Position numbers and translations under genes: made by a program. Positions 36,278 to 45,854 of a DNA stretch of 45,952 nt are shown one piece after another; positions within the stretch are counted from its first letter, which is position 1, and each line of letters starts with the position of its first letter. This stretch comes from Candidatus Doudnabacteria bacterium (GTDB lineage: Bacteria; Patescibacteriota; Doudnabacteria; UBA920). A model generated the notes under the pieces. That model saw only the letters and a list, made by a program, of their open reading frames with translations. It made no database searches and was not told the origin of the DNA. The stretch lies in contig JAEUSF010000007.1 in NCBI GenBank assembly GCA_016788665.1, forward strand, positions 1 to 45,952. The letters are read 5' to 3'.

Positions 36278-38128
36278 TTATACCTTTTCAAAATTAACTC
36301 TTAGTGCGTTTAAAATAACTATGACATCTAAAACTTCTTGTAAAAGAGCGCCGTAAACAGGCATAATTTTTCCGGCAGCTGCAATAAACATGAGTAATAT
36401 ACTTACTCCCATGCCAATAAAAATTCCTTGTTTTGCTATGCGCATAACTTGGCGGGCGATTTTGTATGCTTCCCCTACTCTTTCTAGGTTGTCTACGGTT
36501 ATGACAATATCGCTGGTGTCGGAGCTGGCGGTGGAGCCGTGTCCGCCTAAAGCTATACCCACGTCTGCCGCGGCTAGGGCTGGTGCGTCGTTTACCCCGT
36601 CCCCAATCATTGCAACTTTACCAAATTGTTTTTTGTGGTCCTTTACTTCATTTACTTTGTCTTCGGGCAAAGATTCGGCATGAATATCTGTAAGTCCTAA
36701 CTGCCTGCCAATGTTGTCGGCAACCGATTGCTTGTCGCCAGTTAGCATAACAATTTTTTCCATGCCCAAATTCTTTAAATCCCTAAACACGTTTTTTATT
36801 TCAGGCCTTATTTTGTCGGCAAACATTACACTGCCTAAAAGCTTTTCGCCTTGTCCCAAGTAAACGGCAATAGTGCCACTGCCTTGTAGTTGGTCGTGAG
36901 ATTTTTTAATGCTTTCATCTACCTTTATGCCGTTGCTTTGCAAAAATTTGAGTTTGCCAAAATAATATTGTTTTCCTTCTATCTCTCCAGTCACGCCTTC
37001 CCCAAAAACTTCCTTAAAGTTTTTTGGATAAGAAATTTTAACATTATTTTTCTGTGAATAGGTTACTAATGAGCGCGCCAAAATGTGGGCGGAAAGTTGG
37101 TCTAAAGACGTCGCAATTTCTAAAACCTGTTTTTCTTCGGAGCTGACTTTAAATACCTCCGGCGTGCCTAGTGTTAAGGTTCCTGTTTTGTCGAAAATAA
37201 AAGCATCTGCTTCGGCCAAGTTTTCCAAAGCTGATCCACTTTTGATTATAATTCCCCGGCTGGCAGATTTAGCCAAACCCGAAATTATGGCAATAGGCGT
37301 GGCTAAAATAAGCGGACAAGGCGTTGCTACTACTAATACTGCTAAAAGCCTAACCGGATCGTGCGAAACTAGCCAAGCCAGAAGAGCTATAAAAAAAGTT
37401 ATGGCTGTAAACCATACGCTGTACCTGTCGGCCAGTCTTACAACTGGTGCCCTGCTTTCTTCCGCGTCTTTAATGAGTTTAATAATCTGTTCGTATTTGC
37501 TTTCATTTGCTTGTCTCACCGCTTTTATTTCAAGAGGGTTTTCTTTGTTTATACTTCCCGAAAGTAGTAAGCTGCCAGTCTGTTTTTCTTTTGGTACAGA
37601 TTCACCGGTAAGTGCGGATTCGTCAACTTCAGACTTGCCTTCTAAAACAATACCATCTACTGGAACCGCTTCCCCGGGTTTAATAACTATTATGTCTCCA
37701 ATTTTAACCTCGCTCGCTTGAACATCCAGTAAACCCGAGTTTGTTTTTATGTGTGCCACCGAAGGTGCATTGGAAATAAGTTGCGTAAGTTCCTTTCGTG
37801 CACGTCTGAGCGCGTATGCTTCCAAAGCTTCTCCGCCCGAAAGCATTAAAACTATAACAGAGCCTGCCAGATATTGCCCCAGAATAAAAGACGTTACTAT
37901 GGCGGTAATGGCTATAATATCCACACCGAAGTGCCCTCTTAAAAGGTCCTTTATAAGCCGAAACACTAAAGGCCCGGCACCAATTATAATAGTAATCATC
38001 CAAACCGTTTGGTCTAGCTTAGCATTACCGGTTAAATGGAAAAAGGCTCCTACAGCAAGTCCGGTCAGGGTTAGAAATGGAATGGTCACAAAACTTAAAA
38101 AACTTTTGTTCATAAAAAAACTCCACAT
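36278..38128 (-). CDS. heavy-metal P-type ATPase, P1B-5 subtype (start may be ATG 38113)
   Basis: TGES, TPCP, DKTGT, GDGVND; TM7 Qx4Gx3Sx3M; TM8 Px6QExxDx5N. Confidence 0.92.
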   Translation of the reverse strand: MWSFFMNKSFLSFVTIPFLTLTGLAVGAFFHLTGNAKLDQTVWMITIIIGAGPLVFRLIKDLLRGHFGVDIIAITAIVTSFILGQYLAGSVIVLMLSGGEALEAYALRRARKELTQLISNAPSVAHIKTNSGLLDVQASEVKIGDIIVIKPGEAVPVDGIVLEGKSEVDESALTGESVPKEKQTGSLLLSGSINKENPLEIKAVRQANESKYEQIIKLIKDAEESRAPVVRLADRYSVWFTAITFFIALLAWLVSHDPVRLLAVLVVATPCPLILATPIAIISGLAKSASRGIIIKSGSALENLAEADAFIFDKTGTLTLGTPEVFKVSSEEKQVLEIATSLDQLSAHILARSLVTYSQKNNVKISYPKNFKEVFGEGVTGEIEGKQYYFGKLKFLQSNGIKVDESIKKSHDQLQGSGTIAVYLGQGEKLLGSVMFADKIRPEIKNVFRDLKNLGMEKIVMLTGDKQSVADNIGRQLGLTDIHAESLPEDKVNEVKDHKKQFGKVAMIGDGVNDAPALAAADVGIALGGHGSTASSDTSDIVITVDNLERVGEAYKIARQVMRIAKQGIFIGMGVSILLMFIAAAGKIMPVYGALLQEVLDVIVILNALRVNFEKV

Positions 38129-38384
38129 TCTTGTGGGTTTTATGCCCGAACAAGAATCTTTATAAATCTAATAAATGAGATTCATATTGACTCTGCCCGG
38201 ATTGCCAATGCCTGCCCGACTTTTAGGGCCCGCCTTTACAGCCGAATATTAAGGCACCGGAGGCTGTAAAATGCATGCAGATAATTTATAAGTTAACTAT
38301 ACCATAAATTAGTAAACAAAAAAAGCGCAGGACGCTTTTTAGTTTAAACGAGGTGTGTTACGTTATTGCGATTCAATAATTGTC

Positions 38385-38460
38385 TGGAGCCGTTGTCCGG
38401 GATTGAACCGGAGACCTTCTCCTTACCATGGAGATGCTCTACCAGCTGAGCTACAACGGC
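38385..38460 (-). tRNA. tRNA-Thr (GGT)
   Basis: GCCGTTG acceptor; TCTCC-ATGGTAA-GGAGA; encoded CCA. Confidence 0.95.
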
Positions 38461-38543
38461 CCAGACAATTATTTAATCACTTGTATTTTAATATACCACT
38501 TTTAAATTTTAATTCAATGCAATCCTTAAAAACCTTTATCGGT

Positions 38544-39296
38544 TTACTGCTGAGCCATGGTTTTCGCTCGGTCGAAGCCAAGTTTATACTTCTCGTTCTG
38601 GGGTTCCATTTCTAGCGCTCTATAAAAGCTGCCGGCAGCATCTTTCCATTTTTCCTGGCATTCCTGACTTAAACCCAAATTATAATAGCGGTTTGGATGC
38701 ATTTTGTCGAGAGCAAGGGACTTGGAAAAGTGGTTTTCTGCTAAAGGAAAATCTTTCAGCAAAAAAGCTGCTTGCGCCAGGCGCGCATGGTATGTAGAGT
38801 TGCTTACTTCGTGGCCGACCAAATATAAATATATGTCTTTAGCGTCGGTATATAATTGTTTAGCAAGGTACAGTTTACCTAAGTCGTCGTAGTGCTTTCG
38901 GTTTTTAGGATCTTGTTTAATTCGTTCAAGCAAAACTTCTTCCGGTTCTTGGTTTTGTTCAGCCGGCGAAAATACAGGCTCGGGAGTCTTAGCGGCCTGG
39001 TTTTTCGTTTTGGTTTGAAAAAGCTTTTTTAAATTGTATGCCCCCGGTGCAGGCTTTAGGTCTTTGGCTTCTAAAGCCAAAGACCAAATTTTATGTAGCC
39101 AGAATTTTAACTTGGCAAGTAGGCGGTTAAATTTTTCGGCTTGTATGCCTTTTTCTTCCAGCTTGTTTGCCAAGGAATTTTTTTCTTCTCTGGGCTTGCT
39201 TAAATTTTGAGCCTCTGGTAAACGCCTAAGGATTAATACAATAACCCCCAAAATGCATAACAAGAAAATTAAGTTTGGAATGAGTTGGTAAGACAA
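38544..39296 (-). CDS. membrane-anchored TPR protein
   Basis: N-terminal TM; TPR-like LGKLY, YYNLG and ALEMEPQN; TTG start. Confidence 0.82.
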   Translation of the reverse strand: MSYQLIPNLIFLLCILGVIVLILRRLPEAQNLSKPREEKNSLANKLEEKGIQAEKFNRLLAKLKFWLHKIWSLALEAKDLKPAPGAYNLKKLFQTKTKNQAAKTPEPVFSPAEQNQEPEEVLLERIKQDPKNRKHYDDLGKLYLAKQLYTDAKDIYLYLVGHEVSNSTYHARLAQAAFLLKDFPLAENHFSKSLALDKMHPNRYYNLGLSQECQEKWKDAAGSFYRALEMEPQNEKYKLGFDRAKTMAQQ

Positions 39297-39405
39297 GTAG
39301 AAACCTGGAATATCAAATTTGTAAATTTCAAGTTATTACTTGGTTTTTGAATTTGATATTTGTAATTTTATATTTAAGGCTTTATTGGTTGTAAAGCGCT
39401 TGCGT

Positions 39406-39990
39406 TTAAGCGCCGAGTATAAACCTGGCGAATCTGCGGATTACTACATTCTCACCCATTTTGGCAACTTCGTTAGAAACGAATTCTTTTACTTTTATGT
39501 CTGGGTTTTTAACGTAAGGTTGTTCCAAAAGACAAGTTTCTTCGTAGTACTTTTGAATCTTACCGTCCAGCATTTTGTTTATAACTTCTTCCGGTTTGCC
39601 TGAGGCTTTTGCTTGTTCTTTGTAAATTTCTTTTTCCTTTTCAATTACTTCAGCTGGTACATCGGAGACGTTTACGTACAATGGGTTTGCTGCTGCAATG
39701 TGTAATGCTAATTCTTTAGCAAGATTTTTAAAGTCTTCGGTGCGGGCAACGAAATCGGTTTCGCAGTTTATTTCCAAAAGGACTCCAATCCTGCCGCCAC
39801 CGTGAATATAGCTTTCAATAATACCCTCTTTCGCAACACGGTCAGATTTTTTTCCTAGCTTTAAGGAGCCTTTTTTGCGTAAAATTTCGATTGCCTTCTC
39901 TTTGTCACCCCCTGCTTCTGTAAGGGCTTCTTTTATGTCCATAAGTCCGGCTCCGGTAGTTTCGCGGAGCTCTTTAAGTACGTCGTTCAT
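39406..39990 (-). CDS. tsf: elongation factor Ts (short form)
   Basis: LRETTGAG, NCETDFVA and LLEQPY motifs. Confidence 0.96.
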   Translation of the reverse strand: MNDVLKELRETTGAGLMDIKEALTEAGGDKEKAIEILRKKGSLKLGKKSDRVAKEGIIESYIHGGGRIGVLLEINCETDFVARTEDFKNLAKELALHIAAANPLYVNVSDVPAEVIEKEKEIYKEQAKASGKPEEVINKMLDGKIQKYYEETCLLEQPYVKNPDIKVKEFVSNEVAKMGENVVIRRFARFILGA

Positions 39991-40109
39991 ATTTTTGTGG
40001 CTGATTTATAAATTTTTAATGACTAAAAGCTTGCGGGCAAAAGAGCAGGGTTTTGCAAACAAAACGGTATACACAAGCAGTGTGTCGATATATTTATAAA
40101 TTGTTAATA

Positions 40110-40823
40110 TTAGTTTTGTACTGGTGCAGCAACTGGAGCCGCAGCACGGCCTTCGCTTATGGCGGCGGCCATAAAGTTCAATATCATTTCTACTGCTTTT
40201 GTTGCGTCGTCGTTGCAAGGAATAACAAAATCTACACCGTCTGGGCTTGCGTTAGTATCGACTATGCCAATGGTTTTAACTTTAGATTTGTTTGCTTCCT
40301 TAATGGCAATGTTTTCATGCTTTACGCCAGTAACAAAAATTGCGTCAGGTAACTTTTTTAAGTTTGTTATTCCTTCGAACAGCTTCTTTAGTTTTTCGAT
40401 TTCACGCTCTATCATGAGAGCTTCTTTTTTTGTGTACTTGGTTTGCAAGTCGCCTGAAGCTTTCAGGTTTTCAAGCTTTTCCAGTTTGCGGATTGTTTTT
40501 TGAATAGTCTTAAAATTGGTAAAGGTTCCGCCCAGCCATCGAATGTTTACAAACGGCATGTTGCAGGAAAGAGCAGATTTTTTTAAGAGCTCTCGGGTCT
40601 GTTTTTTTGTTCCAACGAATAGAATGGTTCCGCCCTTGGAAGTGGTTTCTTTGGCAAACTGGGCAGCTTTAAGCAGGCCTTGTTTGGTTTTTTCCAAGTC
40701 TAAAATATGTATGTCTCCGCGGGTTGCGAAAATATACTGTTTCATCTTTGGGTTCCATCTGGAGGTGTTATGCCCAAAGTGTGCGCCGCTCTTAAGCAGC
40801 TCTAAAAGAGAGATGTCTTTCAT
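40110..40823 (-). CDS. rpsB: 30S ribosomal protein S2
   Basis: GAHFGH, WNPKM, RWLGGTFTN and IPCNDD motifs. Confidence 0.97.
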   Translation of the reverse strand: MKDISLLELLKSGAHFGHNTSRWNPKMKQYIFATRGDIHILDLEKTKQGLLKAAQFAKETTSKGGTILFVGTKKQTRELLKKSALSCNMPFVNIRWLGGTFTNFKTIQKTIRKLEKLENLKASGDLQTKYTKKEALMIEREIEKLKKLFEGITNLKKLPDAIFVTGVKHENIAIKEANKSKVKTIGIVDTNASPDGVDFVIPCNDDATKAVEMILNFMAAAISEGRAAAPVAAPVQN

Positions 40824-40927
40824 TGTTATCCTTTATCTTTTACCCTTCGAGTCCCAAAACTCTATTGGAACAGGATATTTTAGAAGAGTATGCAAGATTA
40901 ATATTAGTTCGGTTATTATAACAAGAC

Positions 40928-40956
40928 TTGACTATTTTGGCAAGAAGAGTTAAAAT
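40928..40956 (+). promoter_or_regulatory. promoter upstream of rpmE
   Basis: TTGACT-17 nt-TAAAAT. Confidence 0.6.
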
Positions 40957-41083
40957 TAATCAGATAATTCTAGGTGCATTAAGTGCCTAAGACATATTTC
41001 CGTATAGGATTTGTAAAATTACCCAATTTAAAGGGTTTTATATGGGAATCGCCAATTAAGTTAATGATTTAGTTTTAAATACT

Positions 41084-41344
41084 ATGAAATCGAATATCCA
41101 TCCTCAATTTTATAACAATAGTACGGTTTCGTGTGCCTGTGGCAACAGTTTTGTTACTGGCTCCACCAGACAGGAATTCCATACTGAAGTTTGCTCCAGT
41201 TGCCACCCTTTTTATACCGGCAAGCAAAAGTTGCTAGATACCGCTGGTCGTGTAGACAAGTTTAAGACCAAACAGATTAAAGCAGCTGACATTAAGTCCA
41301 AAGTTGCTCCAAAGAAACCAAGAAAAACCAGGGGCGAGAAATAA
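41084..41344 (+). CDS. rpmE: 50S ribosomal protein L31 (Zn-binding form)
   Basis: [22 protein letters not shown] and GRVDKF motifs. Confidence 0.97.
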   Translation: MKSNIHPQFYNNSTVSCACGNSFVTGSTRQEFHTEVCSSCHPFYTGKQKLLDTAGRVDKFKTKQIKAADIKSKVAPKKPRKTRGEK

Positions 41345-41468
41345 CACAATATCAATTTTCACTAACCGCACGTCTGTCTGGACTTGCGGTTTTGTGTTAA
41401 AATTGTATGGCAATTAAAGACAAGTGCTTTGCGGTGTTTAAACCGCACAAGCGTGTAAATACCATTTA

Positions 41469-42527
41469 ATGGAACCAGCTTTTCAAAAAATTTTAGAAGA
41501 ATACAATACGCTTACTGCTGAAATGTCCAGCGGTCAGGCTGGTTTAGATTTGGCTACTTTAGGTAAGCGCCAAGCTACCCTTTCTCCCCTTGTAGAAAAA
41601 ATTACAAGACTTTTAAAGTTTGAGCAGGACCTGCAAAACTCGGAAGAGCTAGTTAAGTCCTCAGACGCCGATCTGGCACAAATGGCTTCGGAGGAAATAC
41701 CTCAGCTGAAGCTCGAGATTTTGAGCCTTAAGTCTCAAATCGAGGAAGCATTGTTACCAAAAGACCCTAACGACGAAAAAGATTGCATTGTAGAAATTCG
41801 GGCAGGCGCTGGCGGAGACGAGTCTACTCTTTTTGCTGCCGAGTATTTTAGAGCTTTGGGAAAATTCGCAGAAGAGCATAAGCTTAGAATTCACATAGTA
41901 TCTTCCTCTAAAAGTGATGCCGGAGGGTTTAAGGAAATTATATTTGAAACTCATGGTAATGGGGCCTATGGCATTTTAAAATATGAATCGGGAGTTCACC
42001 GGGTACAGCGCGTGCCCGATACCGAAAAAAGCGGTCGCGTACATACGTCTACTATTACCGTAGCCGTGTTGCCGGAGCTGGAAGAGAATGACTATAAAAT
42101 AGCTGACAAGGACCTTAAGATTGAAGCCACTACTTCTTCTGGGCACGGTGGGCAAAGCGTGAATACCACTTATTCCGCTATTCGCATAACGCATATTCCT
42201 ACCGGCATTACCGCTCAGTGTCAGGACGAGCGAAGTCAGGCGCAAAATCGGGAAAAGGCTTTGGCGGTTATTCGCTCTCGTGTTGCGGCGCATTTTGCAG
42301 AAATTGAAAATAAAAAAATTCGTGACTTAACCAAGAGCCAAATAGGCACTGGAGACAGAAGTGAAAAAATTAGAACTTACAATTTTCCTCAGGACCGGGT
42401 GACTGACCACCGGATTAATCAAAATTTTAACCAGATTACTCTTATTATGGAAGGCAAGCTGTCCCCTATTTTTGAGGCATTAGTAAAGGCGGATCTTGAA
42501 GCAAAAAAAGAAGCTCTGAAAAAATAA
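41469..42527 (+). CDS. prfA: peptide chain release factor 1
   Basis: [12 protein letters not shown] (PxT), GGQ and IRTYNFPQ motifs. Confidence 0.96.
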   Translation: MEPAFQKILEEYNTLTAEMSSGQAGLDLATLGKRQATLSPLVEKITRLLKFEQDLQNSEELVKSSDADLAQMASEEIPQLKLEILSLKSQIEEALLPKDPNDEKDCIVEIRAGAGGDESTLFAAEYFRALGKFAEEHKLRIHIVSSSKSDAGGFKEIIFETHGNGAYGILKYESGVHRVQRVPDTEKSGRVHTSTITVAVLPELEENDYKIADKDLKIEATTSSGHGGQSVNTTYSAIRITHIPTGITAQCQDERSQAQNREKALAVIRSRVAAHFAEIENKKIRDLTKSQIGTGDRSEKIRTYNFPQDRVTDHRINQNFNQITLIMEGKLSPIFEALVKADLEAKKEALKK

Positions 42528-42530
42528 ATT

Positions 42531-42812
42531 ATGGAAAACTCTTTCATTGTAGATAGTCAGAAAATTATATATTCTTCCGAAGAATTTTGTGACTTGGTGG
42601 ACGGCGCGGAATACAAAGGAGTTAAGCATTTTATTCACTCTAAGAGTTTTGAGGTATGGGCAAAAGAGTATTCGGACGAAGAAGGTCTTTTTGTTTATAG
42701 AGTTGGTGGTGATAACGATGCTGCGCTTAAAGCTGTAAAATATTTCGCTCTTCATATTAACCCGGTTGGCGTGGTAAAGTTGCTTAAAGAAGAAGGGTAT
42801 GTGGTTATGTAA
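42531..42812 (+). CDS. hypothetical protein
   Basis: 93-aa ORF starting 3 nt after prfA; hairpin at 42814-42843. Confidence 0.65.
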   Translation: MENSFIVDSQKIIYSSEEFCDLVDGAEYKGVKHFIHSKSFEVWAKEYSDEEGLFVYRVGGDNDAALKAVKYFALHINPVGVVKLLKEEGYVVM

Positions 42813-42841
42813 TAAAAAAACTCTCCGTTAAAGTAAGAGAG

Positions 42842-43030
42842 TTAACAGGCGCCTTGGCCCCTGTACCAGGGGTTGCGGCGACTTTCGTCGTCCACACGCT
42901 GTGTTAGTTCTGCTGCCCACAGGTCGAAAGACCACGTGGCACCGCGATGTATTGCGGTTAGCTGGGTTGGTTGAACGGGCTTTGGCTCCTCAGCCTCAGG
43001 CGGTTGATCTGCTTTGGGTTCTTCTTCCAT
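42842..43030 (-). CDS. small orphan peptide, 62 aa, acidic N-terminus, C-terminal GQGAC
   Basis: very strong SD GGAGGGAGGTGA; GC-rich; terminator shared with the convergent gene. Confidence 0.65.
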   Translation of the reverse strand: MEEEPKADQPPEAEEPKPVQPTQLTAIHRGATWSFDLWAAELTQRVDDESRRNPWYRGQGAC

Positions 43031-43068
43031 TTTATCACCTCCCTCCTTGTCGGGATACTTGGAATTTT

Positions 43069-43956
43069 ATGCGAATTGCAGAAATATTGCAAAAGTACAA
43101 AAATATAGAAATCGAAATTCTTTTGGCTCATGTACTAAAAAAGCCAAAAGAATTTTTGTATTTGCATGCTGAATATAAATTAAGCCAAAATCAAGTTAAA
43201 AAACTAAAGCTGGCAGCGGACAGAAGACTTAAGGGTGAGCCGGTGGCTTATATTTTGGGCTATAAAGATTTTATGGGGTTGAGGTTTAAGGTAAATAAGT
43301 ATGTGCTTATCCCCCGTCCGGAAACGGAAGTACTAGTAGAAAAAATTTTGAATGCAGAGTTGAAAATAAGAAATGACAGAAAAAGACTTAGTATTTTAGA
43401 TATTGGGACTGGTAGTGGCTGTATAGCAATTTCAATTGACAAGTCTTTACAAAAATCAGGACTACCAGCTACAAGCTACCAGCTACAAGCTACCGATATT
43501 TCAGAACAGGCCCTTAAAGTTGCAAGAAAAAATGCCCGAAATATTTTTAGCAAATACTCCAATACTAGCGAGTATTGGAGAAAGGCTAAAATTAGGTTTG
43601 TAAAAAGTAATTTGCTGGAAAAAGTTAAAGGCAAGTTCGATATAATTGTGGCAAATCTGCCATACGGCTGGAGAGGTGTTAAAAATAGGTTTTCATCTGT
43701 ACGTGATGGATTAAAATTTGAGCCGCAATTGGCTTTGTACACAGAAGAAAGAGGGCTTAAACTTATAAGTCAGCTTTTACAACAAATAAAAAAAACCTAT
43801 ATCTTAAATTCTAAATCTTATATTTTCCTTGAGTTTGATCCGCGGCAAAAAAAAGAGCTTGCTGCTTTAATAAAAAAAATTATTCCTAAGGCTCGGCTTA
43901 AATTTTATAAAGATCTTGGCGGGCTCTGGAGAGTGGCAGAAATATATATACCATAA
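43069..43956 (+). CDS. prmC: release factor glutamine methyltransferase
   Basis: GEPVAYILG, LIPRPETE, DIGTGSG and NLPY motifs; start corrected to ATG 43069. Confidence 0.94.
   Translation: MRIAEILQKYKNIEIEILLAHVLKKPKEFLYLHAEYKLSQNQVKKLKLAADRRLKGEPVAYILGYKDFMGLRFKVNKYVLIPRPETEVLVEKILNAELKIRNDRKRLSILDIGTGSGCIAISIDKSLQKSGLPATSYQLQATDISEQALKVARKNARNIFSKYSNTSEYWRKAKIRFVKSNLLEKVKGKFDIIVANLPYGWRGVKNRFSSVRDGLKFEPQLALYTEERGLKLISQLLQQIKKTYILNSKSYIFLEFDPRQKKELAALIKKIIPKARLKFYKDLGGLWRVAEIYIP
43461..43494 (+). repeat. in-frame heptamer tandem repeat in prmC
   Basis: ACTACC AGCTACA AGCTACC AGCTACA AGCTACC, encoding LPATSYQLQAT. Confidence 0.8.
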
Positions 43957-44025
43957 ATAAAAAGAAAAGGCTCACCTTTTCTTTTTATATATAAGCTGGT
44001 TGTTTCTTGGTAAAAAGTTTTAAAA

Positions 44026-44949
44026 TTATTCAGTTAACAGTTTTTTAAACCCTGCAATCGTCGTGCTGTTGCTTATGCGTATTCTGGGTATTTCCATTAG
44101 GTTGTCTAGTTTGACCACTTTTCCTTCAGTTGTTGTTAGGCCAATTTCGAAGCCGGCTTTTTGCGCGATTTTTATGTAGGTTGTGTCATAATGGCCGAAG
44201 GGGTAAATAAGAATTTTTGTATCAACCCCTAGTTTTGACTTTATGTCTGCCTTGGAGCCTTCTATATTTCTTAATTTAAAAGCTTCGTTATAGGTTTTAT
44301 TGGTTCCGTCGAAATGGTCCTGGGTATGAGATGCTATTTCCATTCCCGAGTTTTTTGCATTTTTTATTTGTTCCCAAGTCGCATATTTGTTTGTCCCATA
44401 AGAAATACCAGAAAATTGGGTAATTATGCCGAAGGTTCCGGTAAAGCCATATTTCTTTAGAATTGGGGGTGCGGTTAGAATGGCATCTTCGTATCCGTCG
44501 TCGAAAGTAATTACGACCGGGTTTTTTGGCATATTGAAACTTTGTTTTGTGTAATCGAGTAGGTTTTGCAGAGTTATGGAGTTAAAACCTTGGTTTTTAA
44601 GCCAGGCTATTTGAGCCTCAAAATTTTCCGGGCTCACCGTTAGGCCGACGCGTATATAGTCTGTTTTTGCTTCTTTTGGGATCTCGCCAATATGATGATA
44701 CATAAGAATAGGCAGTTTTATGGTCTTACCGCTTAAATTGCCAGTAGTAAAGTTATGTGTTTCCGCGTCGGTTTGTCCTGAGAAGTCGGCGGCGAGGTTT
44801 TTACTCTGGCTAACTTGCCAGGCATTTTTAGGATTTTTTTGCAGCATGTTCCTGTAAATAACAGACAGCAAAATTAAAACAATAAAAAGCACTATGGCTG
44901 TTAGCCAACTGTTTGGTATACCTTTGTTTTTCTGGGATTGCAGGTGCAC
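44026..44949 (-). CDS. membrane-anchored polysaccharide deacetylase (CE4)
   Basis: PILMYHHI, ITFDDG, SHTQDH and YPFG motifs. Confidence 0.92.
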   Translation of the reverse strand: MHLQSQKNKGIPNSWLTAIVLFIVLILLSVIYRNMLQKNPKNAWQVSQSKNLAADFSGQTDAETHNFTTGNLSGKTIKLPILMYHHIGEIPKEAKTDYIRVGLTVSPENFEAQIAWLKNQGFNSITLQNLLDYTKQSFNMPKNPVVITFDDGYEDAILTAPPILKKYGFTGTFGIITQFSGISYGTNKYATWEQIKNAKNSGMEIASHTQDHFDGTNKTYNEAFKLRNIEGSKADIKSKLGVDTKILIYPFGHYDTTYIKIAQKAGFEIGLTTTEGKVVKLDNLMEIPRIRISNSTTIAGFKKLLTE

Positions 44950-45046
44950 TTATATTTTTGTTTCTTTTTTCTAGCTTTTATAATTTTATTATAACATTAA
45001 AACACCGCCCTGAATAGTTTTTGGGGCGGTGTTTTGTTTAAAAGAG

Positions 45047-45724
45047 TTATTTAGCTTCTTCAGATTTGGCTTCTTCTTTTGCCGCTGCGGCCTTTGCCTT
45101 TTCAGCGTCAGTAGCTGCCAATACTGCAGCAACATCTTCGGTTGACTGTGCGGAAAGCTCTTTTTCCATATCTCTCGGAGGTTGGACTTTGGCTACGACT
45201 TCGTCGGCTGGTGCGAGTATTTTGACTTTTGCATCAACTTTCAAGTCTTTTACATAAACCGCATCTTCAAAAGTTTTTAAGGAAGAAATGTCTACCAAAA
45301 TATTGTGTGGCAAATCAGCTGGTAAGCACTCAACTTGAACTTCGTTAATTTGCTTGTTAAGTACACCACCTAAAGTTTTTACAGCAGAAGATTCGCCAGT
45401 AAACTCCAAGGCTACGTTGGCTTTTAACTTGTCGCTCATGCTGACCTGGTAGAAGTCAACATGTATAGGGGTGTTTTTTAAGTTATGATACTGCACGTCT
45501 TGAATAAGGACAGGGTGTACTTTTCCATCTTCTAAAGTTAAATTAACCAAAGTGCTTTCACCAGCTTTTCTAAATACCTTTTCAAATTCAACAGAGTTTA
45601 AAATTAGGTTTTGGTTCTGTATTTTGTTACCATACAAAACAGCAGGTATTTGACCTACTTTTCTTAAGGCGTCCAATTTAATTTTCATATCTCTGCTTTT
45701 TGCAGACAACTGTTGCTTTTCCAT
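45047..45724 (-). CDS. rplY: 50S ribosomal protein L25 (CTC form)
   Basis: IPAVLYG, HVDFY and GGVL motifs; terminator at 44999-45035. Confidence 0.95.
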   Translation of the reverse strand: MEKQQLSAKSRDMKIKLDALRKVGQIPAVLYGNKIQNQNLILNSVEFEKVFRKAGESTLVNLTLEDGKVHPVLIQDVQYHNLKNTPIHVDFYQVSMSDKLKANVALEFTGESSAVKTLGGVLNKQINEVQVECLPADLPHNILVDISSLKTFEDAVYVKDLKVDAKVKILAPADEVVAKVQPPRDMEKELSAQSTEDVAAVLAATDAEKAKAAAAKEEAKSEEAK

Positions 45725-45854
45725 TTAAGTCCTTGCTTGATTTTGCCCATAATACCTGAAAAAGTATTTACTCACAAAATCTTAATTTATTACTCTGCGC
45801 ATTATAACAAAAACCCTTGCTTTTGGCAAGGGTTTTTATTTTGAAGTAAGGTAT

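Noticed and set aside
23500-36300. Prophage or integrative element
   Set aside because: There are no integrase, replication or structural genes, and housekeeping genes (rpmG, ahcY, tRNAs) are interspersed.
42901-43068. N-terminal extension of PrmC in the ORF track
   Set aside because: It is the antisense shadow of the SD-led 62-aa peptide; PrmC-like sequence begins at ATG 43069.
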